NCBI GenBank assembly: GCA_964651325.1 | Contig: CAZYXP010000001.1 | Location: 1-50,083 of the forward strand | Length of the DNA stretch: 50,083 nt | Source of the DNA: an uncultured Phycisphaeraceae bacterium | GTDB lineage: Bacteria > Planctomycetota > Phycisphaerae > UBA1845 | Direction: 5' to 3' | In this document: one piece after another, positions 7,411-16,430 of the stretch | Layout of the letters: every line of letters starts with the position of its first letter | How positions within the stretch are numbered: position 1 is the stretch's first letter | The notes under the pieces: model-generated | Database searches by the model: none | Seen by the model: only the letters and a program-made list of their open reading frames with translations | What the model was told of the DNA's origin: nothing | Translations under genes and position numbers: made by a program

Positions 7411-9018
7411 ATGAAGATGAACACACTTGCAGCGGTTCGTTGTCGCGCATGGATTCTCTTGGCGCTGCTTTTTGCCTCGAATGCTCCTGCGCAAGAACCC
7501 GACCGCAAGCTCGAGCTGAATCCCGTACAACGCCGCGGCAAGCATATCTATCTCCGCGGCGAGGGTGGCTCCGAGTCGCCCGTCTATGCCACACTCGGTG
7601 ATCCGCCGATGCAAGTCTCGGCCAAGATGCTTCCTTGTGTCAATTGCCATGGCTATGCGGGTCGTGGCATCCCGGAGGGGGGCGTCACGCCGTCCAACGT
7701 TTCCTGGTCCTCGCTCACCAAGAGTTATGGGACCGTTCACGCTACCGGACGCCGCCACGGACCCTACGACGAAAACAAGCTCAAAAGAGCCATCACTGAG
7801 GGGATTGATCCTTCCGGGAACGTTCTTGGGGTTGGCATGCCCAAGTTTCAAATGAGTGATGCGGACATGGAGGCGCTTATCGCCTACCTCAAGTGCATTG
7901 AAAACGATCGCGATCCCGGCATTACCGGAACCAGCGTTACGCTTGCGACGGTGCTTCCGTTGGAGGGGCCGTTGGCGCCGATAGGTCGGGAAGTGAACGC
8001 CATTCTTCGCGCGTACGTCGAAGACATCAATGCCGGCGGAGGCGTCTATCTTCGCAAGATCGATCTGCGGGTGATTTCCGCGGCCAGCACACCCGAGGAA
8101 ACGAGCGAACGGTTGGACGCCGCTTTGGATGCGGACGGCGTGTTCGCCTTACTCGCACCGCTCGTGCCAGGGGGAGAATCCCAACTGGCCGCGCTGGCCG
8201 ATAGACGCGGCATGCCCGTCATCGCCTCGCTCGGTGCCTCCCCCGACGACATGATCGGACCGAGCCACTATCAGTTCTACTTATCGCCCGGCCCCTCAGT
8301 ACAGGCCCGTGCGCTGGCGGAATATGCCGCCAAGAAGCTCCAAGACGCCGAATCGCCCAAGGCCGCCATCATCACCCAAGCCGGCGAACCCTATGAAGCC
8401 CTCGCACAAGCCATCGCGGACCAATGCCGCAAACGCGGTATGAAACTCCAGGTTATCGCCCCCTACGCCGCCGACTCGTTCGCACCTGAGCTGTTGGCGT
8501 GGCAGCAGGTCGGAAACAATGCTCTTTTCTTCGTTGGGCCGGCTGAAGACTGCGCCCAACTGCTTGATAAGATCGCGGCCAACGGCCACCCGCCAGAGGT
8601 GTTTTTGATGGGATCCCTGCTATCGGGGCGGATTTTTCAAGCCCCACGCATGTTTCAAGGCAAACTGAGCGCGGTTTTCCCGAACAGCCTCAGCGCTCAG
8701 TCGCCAAAGGCGCTGCAGGAGTACGACGCATTCTTGAAGCGCCACGGCATGTCAGCGCGCCGTTCCGCGCCGCGCCTGGCCGCCTATTGTGCTGCGAAGG
8801 TAATGATTGAGGGGCTCAAAAAGTCCGGCCGCGAGCTGCGCCGCGAGCGGCTCGTACGCGAGCTAGAGAGCTTCTGGGACTACGAAACCGGCCTCAGCCC
8901 GCTATTGACATTTGGCCCCAATCGAAGGGTGGGAGCGTACGGCGCCTACCCGGTATCCATTGACCTCGAAGGGCAAACGTTTGACAGCACCCACCCCTGG
9001 ATCGAGCTTCCCGAATAG
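7411..9018 (+). CDS. Fusion of a mono-heme c-type cytochrome with a type-1 periplasmic binding protein (LivK / branched-chain amino-acid-binding-like)
   Basis: Signal peptide MKMNTLAAVRCRAWILLALLFASNAPAQE. Heme site CVNCH (7636-7650) with a distal GMPKFQM candidate Met ligand. The remaining ~400 aa resemble LivK-like binding proteins (VTLATVLPLEGPLAPIGREV..., FFVGPAEDCAQLL, AAYCAAKVMIEGLKKSG). ATG 7417 is an alternative start. Confidence 0.8.
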   Translation: MKMNTLAAVRCRAWILLALLFASNAPAQEPDRKLELNPVQRRGKHIYLRGEGGSESPVYATLGDPPMQVSAKMLPCVNCHGYAGRGIPEGGVTPSNVSWSSLTKSYGTVHATGRRHGPYDENKLKRAITEGIDPSGNVLGVGMPKFQMSDADMEALIAYLKCIENDRDPGITGTSVTLATVLPLEGPLAPIGREVNAILRAYVEDINAGGGVYLRKIDLRVISAASTPEETSERLDAALDADGVFALLAPLVPGGESQLAALADRRGMPVIASLGASPDDMIGPSHYQFYLSPGPSVQARALAEYAAKKLQDAESPKAAIITQAGEPYEALAQAIADQCRKRGMKLQVIAPYAADSFAPELLAWQQVGNNALFFVGPAEDCAQLLDKIAANGHPPEVFLMGSLLSGRIFQAPRMFQGKLSAVFPNSLSAQSPKALQEYDAFLKRHGMSARRSAPRLAAYCAAKVMIEGLKKSGRELRRERLVRELESFWDYETGLSPLLTFGPNRRVGAYGAYPVSIDLEGQTFDSTHPWIELPE

Positions 9019-9184
9019 GATGCGCCCACCGATCGGTTTGCGTCCATTGGGTGGCCCATTTACTTTGAACATGAGGTAGGTGATGATCTGGCAGCCGCCA
9101 GGATTTGAAAGCCATGGGGCATGCGCCAGGTGCTCTGAAACGCGGGCGCCCCATGTCCAAAGGATGTGCACCCTGTCGCCTTCA

Positions 9185-10687
9185 TCATCGCGGCTTCAGC
9201 GTGAAGTCAAAGTCAAACAGCAGCGTGTCGTGGGCGAGCGATCCGTCTTCCGCGGGATCGGGTCCGTCGATCTCGAAGGGGCTCAATCGGATTTTGAACG
9301 CGCCCCGCAAGAGCAAACGCGGCTTGCCGTCTGACGCAACCATGGGCTCTATCATGGCGCGAGCGGCAAGCGGAATGGATACGCCCTTGAGCGCGAACGT
9401 GCCGCTCATGGTCATCGCGGCTAGTTCGCCGTACGCCAGCCGCGCGGGGGGCTCGGCCGCGATGGATTGGATCACAAACGTGGACGTTGGAAACTTGGCG
9501 GCATTCAGAAAAAGGCTGCTGTCGTGCAGCGTATGGTCCAGGTCCGGATCGCCCATGGTGACCGTGGCCATCTCGGCTGAGAAGCTCCCACGCCCTTGAT
9601 CCAAGGAGAGGTCGCTGGGGAGGTCAAACGAACCGTTCACCCGTCCCACTTCCCCTGCGTAGGCGTCTAGCGGCGCGGGGAATCGAAACAATACTTGCGG
9701 CGCTGACTCAACGCTGTCGGCCCCCGACGTCTTCTTCGTCTCAACGACCCAATGGCGTCCAAGTGCAGGCCCGTCGGCTTCGGCCGCTGCCGTGTTCGGG
9801 GCCTTGGGCAGCGCGAGGCCTAGCGATTCCCACGAAACCACCGGCGTTTCGCTGGGGATCGGATCAAACCCGTCTCCCACGAGCGACTCGCGCATGGCAG
9901 CCTCGACGGCGTGTTCCATAGCGGTCGCGGCTTGTGTGAACAGGCTCGCTCGTTCGCTCCACGGTCCGATAAAGGGCTTTCCGCGGTGCGTGAAGATCGG
10001 TTTCTTGCAGTGGAACTGCGAATAGAGCGCGACTGAGAGAAATAACGTTCCATCCGCGGAGAGCCAGGGGTTGAAGTCCATGTAGAACATGCGATCGGCG
10101 CGGCGCAATTCAATGGTATCGACGGGATGAAACCGTTTGAAGCCCGCCAAAACCGCACGCCTCGCCTCTTTGAGAAAAGCATCCCGGCGATATCCGTTAG
10201 GTGGGTCGCCGGCCAACGGTGCTATCTTCATCGGGGCCGCGATAACGGCACGGCCCCATCGCAGGACTGCCGCTCCGTGCTTGACAAGCGGCTTGTCCCC
10301 TTGCCCCACCACGCGAGACGTGCGCAGGAAGTTGCGCAAGCGATTCAAGGTGGCATATCGCCCCTGGTAGATCGAGCGCCCGCGGTGGTTTTGAAACACG
10401 AGCAGTGGGGTGATGGTGATTTCCTTCGGAGCTCCGGTGCCGACGTCGATCACGCGTACCGGTATGTGGAGGCTCGTGGCGACCGCACGAATTCCTTCAA
10501 GATGATCCTTCACAAACGTGCGGGTGAGGTCGGAAGCCTCGGGTGCGACGAATACGACAAGTAGATCGCGCGGCGCCGCACCAAGGCCATTTCCCGCGAG
10601 GTTGCCAGCCTCCACCGGCTGCGAGACCATGCCCACCGTCGCCGCCATGGCCGCGACACAACGCCACATGTTCCAATTCATTGTCAT
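9185..10687 (-). CDS. Secreted protein with a C-terminal YceI-like (polyisoprenoid-binding) domain and an uncharacterised N-terminal two-thirds
   Basis: Signal MTMNWNMWRCVAAMAATVGMVSQPVEA. The C-terminus GSFSAEMATVTMGDPDLDHTLHDSSLFLNAAKFPTSTFV...MSGTFALKGVSIPL fits the YceI pattern. Confidence 0.7.
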   Translation of the reverse strand: MTMNWNMWRCVAAMAATVGMVSQPVEAGNLAGNGLGAAPRDLLVVFVAPEASDLTRTFVKDHLEGIRAVATSLHIPVRVIDVGTGAPKEITITPLLVFQNHRGRSIYQGRYATLNRLRNFLRTSRVVGQGDKPLVKHGAAVLRWGRAVIAAPMKIAPLAGDPPNGYRRDAFLKEARRAVLAGFKRFHPVDTIELRRADRMFYMDFNPWLSADGTLFLSVALYSQFHCKKPIFTHRGKPFIGPWSERASLFTQAATAMEHAVEAAMRESLVGDGFDPIPSETPVVSWESLGLALPKAPNTAAAEADGPALGRHWVVETKKTSGADSVESAPQVLFRFPAPLDAYAGEVGRVNGSFDLPSDLSLDQGRGSFSAEMATVTMGDPDLDHTLHDSSLFLNAAKFPTSTFVIQSIAAEPPARLAYGELAAMTMSGTFALKGVSIPLAARAMIEPMVASDGKPRLLLRGAFKIRLSPFEIDGPDPAEDGSLAHDTLLFDFDFTLKPR

Positions 10688-10725
10688 CCCAGCATCCTAC
10701 CGCCTACGTTGCAAAGCCGCTGCAG

Positions 10726-10791
10726 CCCAGCCGCTGTAGCCTAGCCGCCCTCGGCTGGGCAGTCGCCCGGACACAGCGGAGGGCCGCTGTG
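10726..10791. other. Two 8-bp-stem hairpins between the YceI gene and the downstream 500-aa gene
   Basis: CCCAGCCG (10726-10733) pairs with CGGCTGGG (10752-10759). CACAGCGG-aggg-CCGCTGTG spans 10772-10791. Read directly. Confidence 0.5.
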
Positions 10792-10859
10792 CTACACGTA
10801 TTACTGCATCGCACAGCATGTAAGCAGCGATACCCCAACGCATCTACGACCGCGCACCT

Positions 10860-11492
10860 CTATTCCGCCGCCGCGCTGCCAACGAGGATGATGCGAATCT
10901 CTATGTCTTCGGCGACGACCTGCCCGCCCATGTCCGGCTTGATGTCGAAATCCGCTCGTTTGATCGTAAACGTCGAGCGCAGCACCAGCAGGTCTCCCTT
11001 TTTGCCGCGCATCCGCTTGGCCAGACCGCCCTTGATATGGGTGACCTTAATGGGAACGGTCATCTTCTTTGCCACGCCTTTTAGCGTGAACTTACCGGCG
11101 ACCTTCATATCCCAAACCCCTTTGCCGCGTTTCTTGGCAGACTTGACCTTGCCAATCTCAAACGTGACGTTGGGGTTTGCCTCAACGTCTAACCAGTCTG
11201 AAGAGTGGAGCACCTTGACCATACCCTTGTTCGATGGGCGAATGGTCTCCGCTTCAACGACGATTTGTCCGCTCATGGATTTGACGGCTTTCGGGTCGAA
11301 ATCGAACTCCCCAGAAATCCCCGTGGCCAGCCCCATGATCGGCTCCACCACGGAGTCGAGCACGAACGACACCGCATTGACGCCCTTGCGATCTTTGAAA
11401 TCAAACGTCTTGGGCGCGGCCTGAACGCGCCCCGCGACGACCAACCAAAATCCCAATCCCAAAAAGAGGAAACGACCCGCGCGATTCTGCAT
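10860..11492 (-). CDS. YceI-family periplasmic protein
   Basis: Internal ATG at 11492 (AGGAG about 8 nt upstream) gives the signal peptide MQNRAGRFLFLGLGFWLVVAGRVQA. This is followed by the YceI-like sequence KTFDFKDRKGVNAVSFVLDS...SDWLDVEANPNVTFEI...VAGKFTLKGVAKKMTVPIKV. The 149 upstream codons of ORF 10860..11939 run across repeat DNA and are rejected. Confidence 0.8.
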   Translation of the reverse strand: MQNRAGRFLFLGLGFWLVVAGRVQAAPKTFDFKDRKGVNAVSFVLDSVVEPIMGLATGISGEFDFDPKAVKSMSGQIVVEAETIRPSNKGMVKVLHSSDWLDVEANPNVTFEIGKVKSAKKRGKGVWDMKVAGKFTLKGVAKKMTVPIKVTHIKGGLAKRMRGKKGDLLVLRSTFTIKRADFDIKPDMGGQVVAEDIEIRIILVGSAAAE

Positions 11493-11782
11493 AAACCCAG
11501 CTCCTATTGCCAACAATCTCTTAAGCCCGAGCTCCGGCCCCGGCGTTTGCGCTCCAAGACCACCGGCAAGGTGGCGGTGCCACGCGCCGGCGTAGCGACG
11601 GAGAACAAGCTTTTCCGCGTCGCCTGAAGAGCCCACCCATGCAACGATTCTAACGGACCTCTGCGGCGTTCCGCAAGCAGCGCGTTCCCGGCCCATGCCA
11701 GCGGAAGCCGCTGCCCTTTTGGTGGGATAGGTCCGCCGACTCAGAGCCGCAGGCGCTAGCCTGCGGACCATCTGCGGCAGGC

Positions 11783-11839
11783 TGTCACCAGGCTTGCGCA
11801 AGGTGTCGCGAGGAGATGTCACCAGGCTTGCGCCAGGTG
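11783..11839. repeat. Tandem 23-nt direct repeat TGTCACCAGGCTTGCGC(A/C)AGGTG (11783-11805 and 11817-11839), 34-bp period; member of a dispersed intergenic repeat family
   Basis: 22/23 identical. The core GCGCCAGGTGCTCTGAA recurs at 9123-9139. A variant GTTACCAAGCTAGCGCCAGGTGCGCTGA occurs at 44739-44766. All copies are intergenic. Confidence 0.65.
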
Positions 11840-12018
11840 CTCTGAACGTGCGCGATCCGACCGCGGGCGCAACGTCCGCTAATCCCGCCTCGTCCCGCCT
11901 GGCAAACGCGTTCGGAAACACGCGCACAGATTTATTCACGACCGCAAGGAATCTGCCGATTCACGCTATATAAGACTGACTTCCGTTCCACCGGGCCGCA
12001 AGTTGCGACGTCAGACCG

Positions 12019-12294
12019 ATGCCGACAATTCCGGACATTCTAACCGTCGCCGAAGTGGCGAGGTACATGCGCATCTCGCGCGACACGGTTTATCGCTTGG
12101 CGGCCGAAGGTGATCTTCGCGGTCGCAAGATTGGTCGCATCTGGCGGTTCCCCAAGTCCGCCATCGAAGCATACGTGCATGGAGACGCACCGCTTCCCCC
12201 GCGGACTCTTCAAACTCAAGCCGGGCAGAGCGCCATAGATTGCAAGGACGCCGTTCCCTGGGCGTCAGGCGACCCACCCGACGCGGTCGCGTAG
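12019..12294 (+). CDS. Small excisionase/MerR-superfamily helix-turn-helix DNA-binding protein
   Basis: ILTVAEVARYMRISRDTVYRLAAEGDLRGRKIGRIWRFPKSAIEAYV matches the excisionase-family HTH pattern. The gene ends 40 nt before the kinase gene. Confidence 0.75.
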   Translation: MPTIPDILTVAEVARYMRISRDTVYRLAAEGDLRGRKIGRIWRFPKSAIEAYVHGDAPLPPRTLQTQAGQSAIDCKDAVPWASGDPPDAVA

Positions 12295-12334
12295 TACTTC
12301 GCACGCTGGGGCCATTGGGGATTGCCGCGTAAGT

Positions 12335-15244
12335 GTGAGCTACCTGATGAATACGTTGAACCATGAAGACAGACTGCCCCCAAGCCCTCCACGACGGCAT
12401 GGTTGGCTCATCGCGTCGTTTTGGACCGCCATCGTCGCTGGGTCACTCTTGTGGAACATCCACCATCAGCACCTTGAGACCCAGGATATGGCGGTTAGCG
12501 GTGCCCGGATATGCTTCGAGAAGGACATCCTGTACCGAAGGTGGGCGGCGAATCACGGCGGCGTGTACGCCCCGATCACCAGGGACACCCCCGCGAATCC
12601 CTATCTGGCCCATCTGCCCGAACGTGACATTGAGACGCCATCGGGCCGAAAGCTGACCCTCATCAACCCGGCCTATATGACGCGCCAGGTGCATGAGCTG
12701 GGCAAACAGCACAGCGGTGTCAAAGGGCACCTCACAAGTCTGAAGCTTCTTCGCCCGGAGAACAAGGCCGATGCGTGGGAGACCGAAGCCCTGGAAGCGT
12801 TTGAGCGTGGTGTCGCCGAGGTCAACTCGGTGGAGGAAATGGACGGCAAGCGGTACGTGCGCCTCATGCGACCGCTTTTCGTCGAGCAGGGCTGCCTTCA
12901 ATGTCATGCCCAGCAAGGGTATGAGCTTGGCGACATCCGAGGCGGCCTCGCCGTTGCGGTTCCCCTTGCGCCGATCGAGGCCATTGCCGCCAGCCATACA
13001 AGACAGATCGCCGCATCCCACGTCGGATTATGGGTCTTGGGGTTGATCGCGCTCTGCATCCGAATCCACCATGAACGCGGATGTATTCGCCAGCGGCTCC
13101 AAGCCGAAGAGGCGCTCTACCAGAGCGAGAGCCAATTCCGGAGTTTGGCGAAAGTCTGCCCGGTCGGCATCTTTCGCACGGATGCGAAGGGCAACTACCG
13201 GTATGTCAACACCCGATGGTGGCTGATCACCGGCATGACCGCGGAAGATGCCATGCGTGAGGATTGGATGCAGCACGTGCACCAGGCGGACCGCCAGCGG
13301 GTGCGGCAGGCGTGGTCGACGACCGTGGCAGGAGGACATCCGTTCGAATCCGAATTCCGGTTCCTAACTCCCCATGGGATGGTTACGTGGGTCTACGCTC
13401 AGGCCATCGCCGAGCTCAACGACGCCTGCGAGATTGCAGGCTTTGTGGGAACCATCACGGACATCACCGAGCGCAAGAGCGCAGAGGCGGAGGTGCGTAA
13501 GCTGTCGCTTGCCGTGGAACAAAGCCCCGCATCGGTAGTCATTACCAACACGCAGGGCACCATCGAGTACGTCAACCCGATGTTCTGCAAGGTGACCGGC
13601 TATTCGGCGGAGGAAGCCATCGGGCAGAACCCTCGTATCCTCAAGTCCGGCGAGTGGCCGAAGAACGCATACAAGAAACTGTGGGATACGATCCTCAGGG
13701 GCGACATCTGGGCGGGTGAGTTTCACAACAAGAAGAAAAACGGCGAATTGTACTGGGAGGCGGCATCCATTTCGCCAGTCCGCAATGAGGCGGGCGAGAT
13801 CGTGCACTTCCTCGCCGTCAAGCAGGACATCACGAACCGCAAGCAGGCGGAGCTTGCCGCGAAGCAGCAAGCCAAGGAGCTTGCATCGGCCAATCAATCG
13901 CTCGCGCAGGCGACCCAGGCGGCCGAGGCCAGCCGCGAGAGTGCCGAAGTGGCCAACAAGGAGCTGGCGCGCAGCCACGCGTCGGTGGTTGCGGCGCACA
14001 AGGAGACCAACCAGCAGCTTGAAGCCATGTCGTCCGTGCTGCTCAGCGTAGGGGCCGACGATCGAATCAAAGCCTGCAACACCACGGCTCAGCGCGTCCT
14101 CGGCATCGACTCGAGCGATGCCATCGGATCGCGATTTGAAGAGTTGAAGGTGAAGTGGGATTGGCCCATGATCAAGGAAGCCATTGCCGACTGTCGAACC
14201 AAGCATCGCCGGGCCCGGATTGAGGAAGTCCGCTTTACACGGCCCGACGACACCCAAGGATTCCTGGGCATTACCGTCAACCCGGTCAACGGCAGGCACG
14301 GCAAGAAGGGCGGCTTCCTGATCACCGCGGCGGACATCACGGAACAGAAAATCCTTCAAAGTCAGTTGGCGCAATCCCAGAAGCTCGAATCCATTGGACA
14401 GTTGGCCGCCGGCATCGCCCACGAGATCAACACGCCGACGCAGTATGTGGGGGACAATACCAGGTTCTTGAAGGACGGTGTCGCTGATCTGATCGCCATC
14501 GTAGATAAGTATTCCGAACTCTTGGATTCCAAGACCGACCCCAAAAACTGGGCCAAGCGAAGTGTCGAGATCAAGGCCGCGATGGAGGAGTTGGACTTTG
14601 AATACCTTAAGGAAGAAGTGCCTAAGGCGATTGATCAATCCCTCGAAGGCGTCGAACGCGTCGCTGCCATCGTTCGATCCATGAAGGACTTCTCTCACCC
14701 CGGCGGAAACGAGAAGCAAATGGCTGACCTGAACAAGGCCATCGAGAGCACGATTACCGTGTCGCGCAATGAGTGGAAGTACGTCGCCGAGATGGCTTTG
14801 GAGTTGGACCCGGCGCTGCCGCTGGTCCCCTGCCTGCTCGGTGACATCAATCAGGTGGTCTTGAACATGATCGTCAACGCCGCCCATGCTATTGCGGACG
14901 TCGTGGGCAAGAACTCTGGTGAGAAAGGAACCATTACCGTGTCCACGCGACGCGATGGCGACTGGGCGGAACTGCGCATCGGCGATAGCGGAACGGGAAT
15001 CCCTCCGGAAATTGTTGCGAAGGTGTTTGAGCCGTTCTTCACCACCAAGGAGGTCGGCAAGGGTACAGGACAAGGCCTAGCCATCGCACGCAGCGTGGTC
15101 GTGGACAAGCACCACGGGACGATCGATATCGACAGTGAAGTCGGTAAGGGAACGACGATGATCGTTCGTCTGCCCATCGATCCTGAACCCGAAGACGAGG
15201 AGGCGACACGTGGCCATGAAGCGGCGAATTCTGTTTGTGGATGA
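12335..15244 (+). CDS. Sensor histidine kinase: TM, DUF3365/Tll0287-like heme-c sensor domain, PAS repeats, coiled coil, HisKA, HATPase
   Basis: GTG 12335 (ATG 12347 is an alternative). TM segment WLIASFWTAIVAGSLLW. CLQCH at 12893-12907 followed by GDIRGGLAVAVPL, typical of DUF3365. PAS blocks (FRTDAKGNYRYVNTRW, VITNTQGTIEYVNPMFCKVTGY). H-box AAGIAHEINTP. ATP-binding blocks NMIVNAAHA, DSGTGIP, GKGTGQGL. Confidence 0.9.
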   Translation: MSYLMNTLNHEDRLPPSPPRRHGWLIASFWTAIVAGSLLWNIHHQHLETQDMAVSGARICFEKDILYRRWAANHGGVYAPITRDTPANPYLAHLPERDIETPSGRKLTLINPAYMTRQVHELGKQHSGVKGHLTSLKLLRPENKADAWETEALEAFERGVAEVNSVEEMDGKRYVRLMRPLFVEQGCLQCHAQQGYELGDIRGGLAVAVPLAPIEAIAASHTRQIAASHVGLWVLGLIALCIRIHHERGCIRQRLQAEEALYQSESQFRSLAKVCPVGIFRTDAKGNYRYVNTRWWLITGMTAEDAMREDWMQHVHQADRQRVRQAWSTTVAGGHPFESEFRFLTPHGMVTWVYAQAIAELNDACEIAGFVGTITDITERKSAEAEVRKLSLAVEQSPASVVITNTQGTIEYVNPMFCKVTGYSAEEAIGQNPRILKSGEWPKNAYKKLWDTILRGDIWAGEFHNKKKNGELYWEAASISPVRNEAGEIVHFLAVKQDITNRKQAELAAKQQAKELASANQSLAQATQAAEASRESAEVANKELARSHASVVAAHKETNQQLEAMSSVLLSVGADDRIKACNTTAQRVLGIDSSDAIGSRFEELKVKWDWPMIKEAIADCRTKHRRARIEEVRFTRPDDTQGFLGITVNPVNGRHGKKGGFLITAADITEQKILQSQLAQSQKLESIGQLAAGIAHEINTPTQYVGDNTRFLKDGVADLIAIVDKYSELLDSKTDPKNWAKRSVEIKAAMEELDFEYLKEEVPKAIDQSLEGVERVAAIVRSMKDFSHPGGNEKQMADLNKAIESTITVSRNEWKYVAEMALELDPALPLVPCLLGDINQVVLNMIVNAAHAIADVVGKNSGEKGTITVSTRRDGDWAELRIGDSGTGIPPEIVAKVFEPFFTTKEVGKGTGQGLAIARSVVVDKHHGTIDIDSEVGKGTTMIVRLPIDPEPEDEEATRGHEAANSVCG

Positions 15245-16430
15245 TGAGGCCAACGTGCTGGACGGCCTCCGCCGCATGTTGCGCCCCATGCGCAAAGAAT
15301 GGGCCATGAGTTTCGCGTCGGGCGGCGCCGAAGCGCTCGAGGTGCTGGAGGGCGAGTCGTTCGATGTCATCGTATCTGACATGCGCATGCCCGGCATGGA
15401 CGGCGCCACGTTGCTGGCGAAAGTCATGCGGCGTTATCCGCAGATCGTCCGCATCGTGCTCTCCGGGCAGTCATCCCAAGAATCGACCATCCAATCGGTG
15501 GGGGTAGCGCACCAGTTTCTCGCAAAACCATGCGATGCGCAGACGCTCAAGCAAACCATCGATCACGCCTTGGCGCTGAGAAACTTCCTTGCCAACGATG
15601 CCCTCAAGGGCGTGGTGTCGCAACTGAAAGCAGTGCCCAGCTTGCCCACCCTCTACTCCGAACTCATGGAAGAACTGCAACTCCCGGACGCATCCTGCAA
15701 GCGAGTCGGGGAGATCATCGCGCAGGATCCCGGCATGAGCGCCAAAGTTTTGCAATTGGTCAACTCCGCATTCTTCGGAATCCCGCGTCAAATATCTGGC
15801 ATCGTGGAAGCCACGGGATTACTGGGAACCGACACGATCAAGGCCCTCGTCTTGACCATCGAGGTGTTTGGACAACTTGGGGCCGAAGGGATTGAAGGCT
15901 TTTCGGCGGAGCGGATTCAACAGCACTGCACCGAATCGGCCACCGTGGCGAAACAGATCGCGGTAGGCCATAAGGCGCCGCGGAAAACCGCCGATGCCGC
16001 GATGATGGCAGGATGTCTTCACGACATCGGAAAGCTCGTTCTGGCCCACAACTTCCCCGAGGCCTATGGGCGCGTCATGGTATGCATGAATGAGACCGGC
16101 GCCTCCCTCTGTGACTCGGAACGGGGCGTGTTGGGCGCCACGCATGCCGAGGTCGGCGCCTACCTCCTGGGCTTGTGGGGGTTGCCCGAATCCATTGTGG
16201 TGGCCACCGCCTTCCACCACTGTCCGAGTCGTTCACTCGATCCCTTGTTCTCGGCGCTGACCGCGGTTCACCTGGCCAACGTCTTCCTCCACGAACGGGA
16301 CCATGGGGGAACGAGTGACGTCACCGAGCAGCTAGATAGCGAGTACCTCGAGCAACTCGGCGTAGCCGATCGCGTAGCCGATTGGCGGGCTAACTTTCAG
16401 GAACGCCATTGCACGGAGTCGCACTCATGA
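15210..16430 (+). CDS. Response regulator: REC plus HDOD domain
   Basis: GTG 15210 (GAGGAGG 7 nt upstream) or ATG 15216; overlaps the kinase 3' end. REC: RILFVDDE...VIVSDMRMPGMDG...FLAKPC. HDOD: LPTLYSELMEELQLPDASCKRVGEIIAQDPGMSAKVLQLVNSAFFG. Confidence 0.85.
   Translation: MAMKRRILFVDDEANVLDGLRRMLRPMRKEWAMSFASGGAEALEVLEGESFDVIVSDMRMPGMDGATLLAKVMRRYPQIVRIVLSGQSSQESTIQSVGVAHQFLAKPCDAQTLKQTIDHALALRNFLANDALKGVVSQLKAVPSLPTLYSELMEELQLPDASCKRVGEIIAQDPGMSAKVLQLVNSAFFGIPRQISGIVEATGLLGTDTIKALVLTIEVFGQLGAEGIEGFSAERIQQHCTESATVAKQIAVGHKAPRKTADAAMMAGCLHDIGKLVLAHNFPEAYGRVMVCMNETGASLCDSERGVLGATHAEVGAYLLGLWGLPESIVVATAFHHCPSRSLDPLFSALTAVHLANVFLHERDHGGTSDVTEQLDSEYLEQLGVADRVADWRANFQERHCTESHS

Noticed and set aside
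11783-11839. Possible CRISPR array, based on regularly spaced repeats.
   Set aside because: There are only two 23-nt copies with an 11-nt spacer and no cas genes. The core sequence is dispersed at other intergenic sites, which fits a REP-like element.
12019-12294. Excisionase-family HTH protein as a marker of a prophage or integrative element.
   Set aside because: No integrase, recombinase, att-like tRNA gene, phage structural genes or compositional island boundaries occur nearby. Its position 40 nt upstream of a kinase gene suggests a regulatory role instead.
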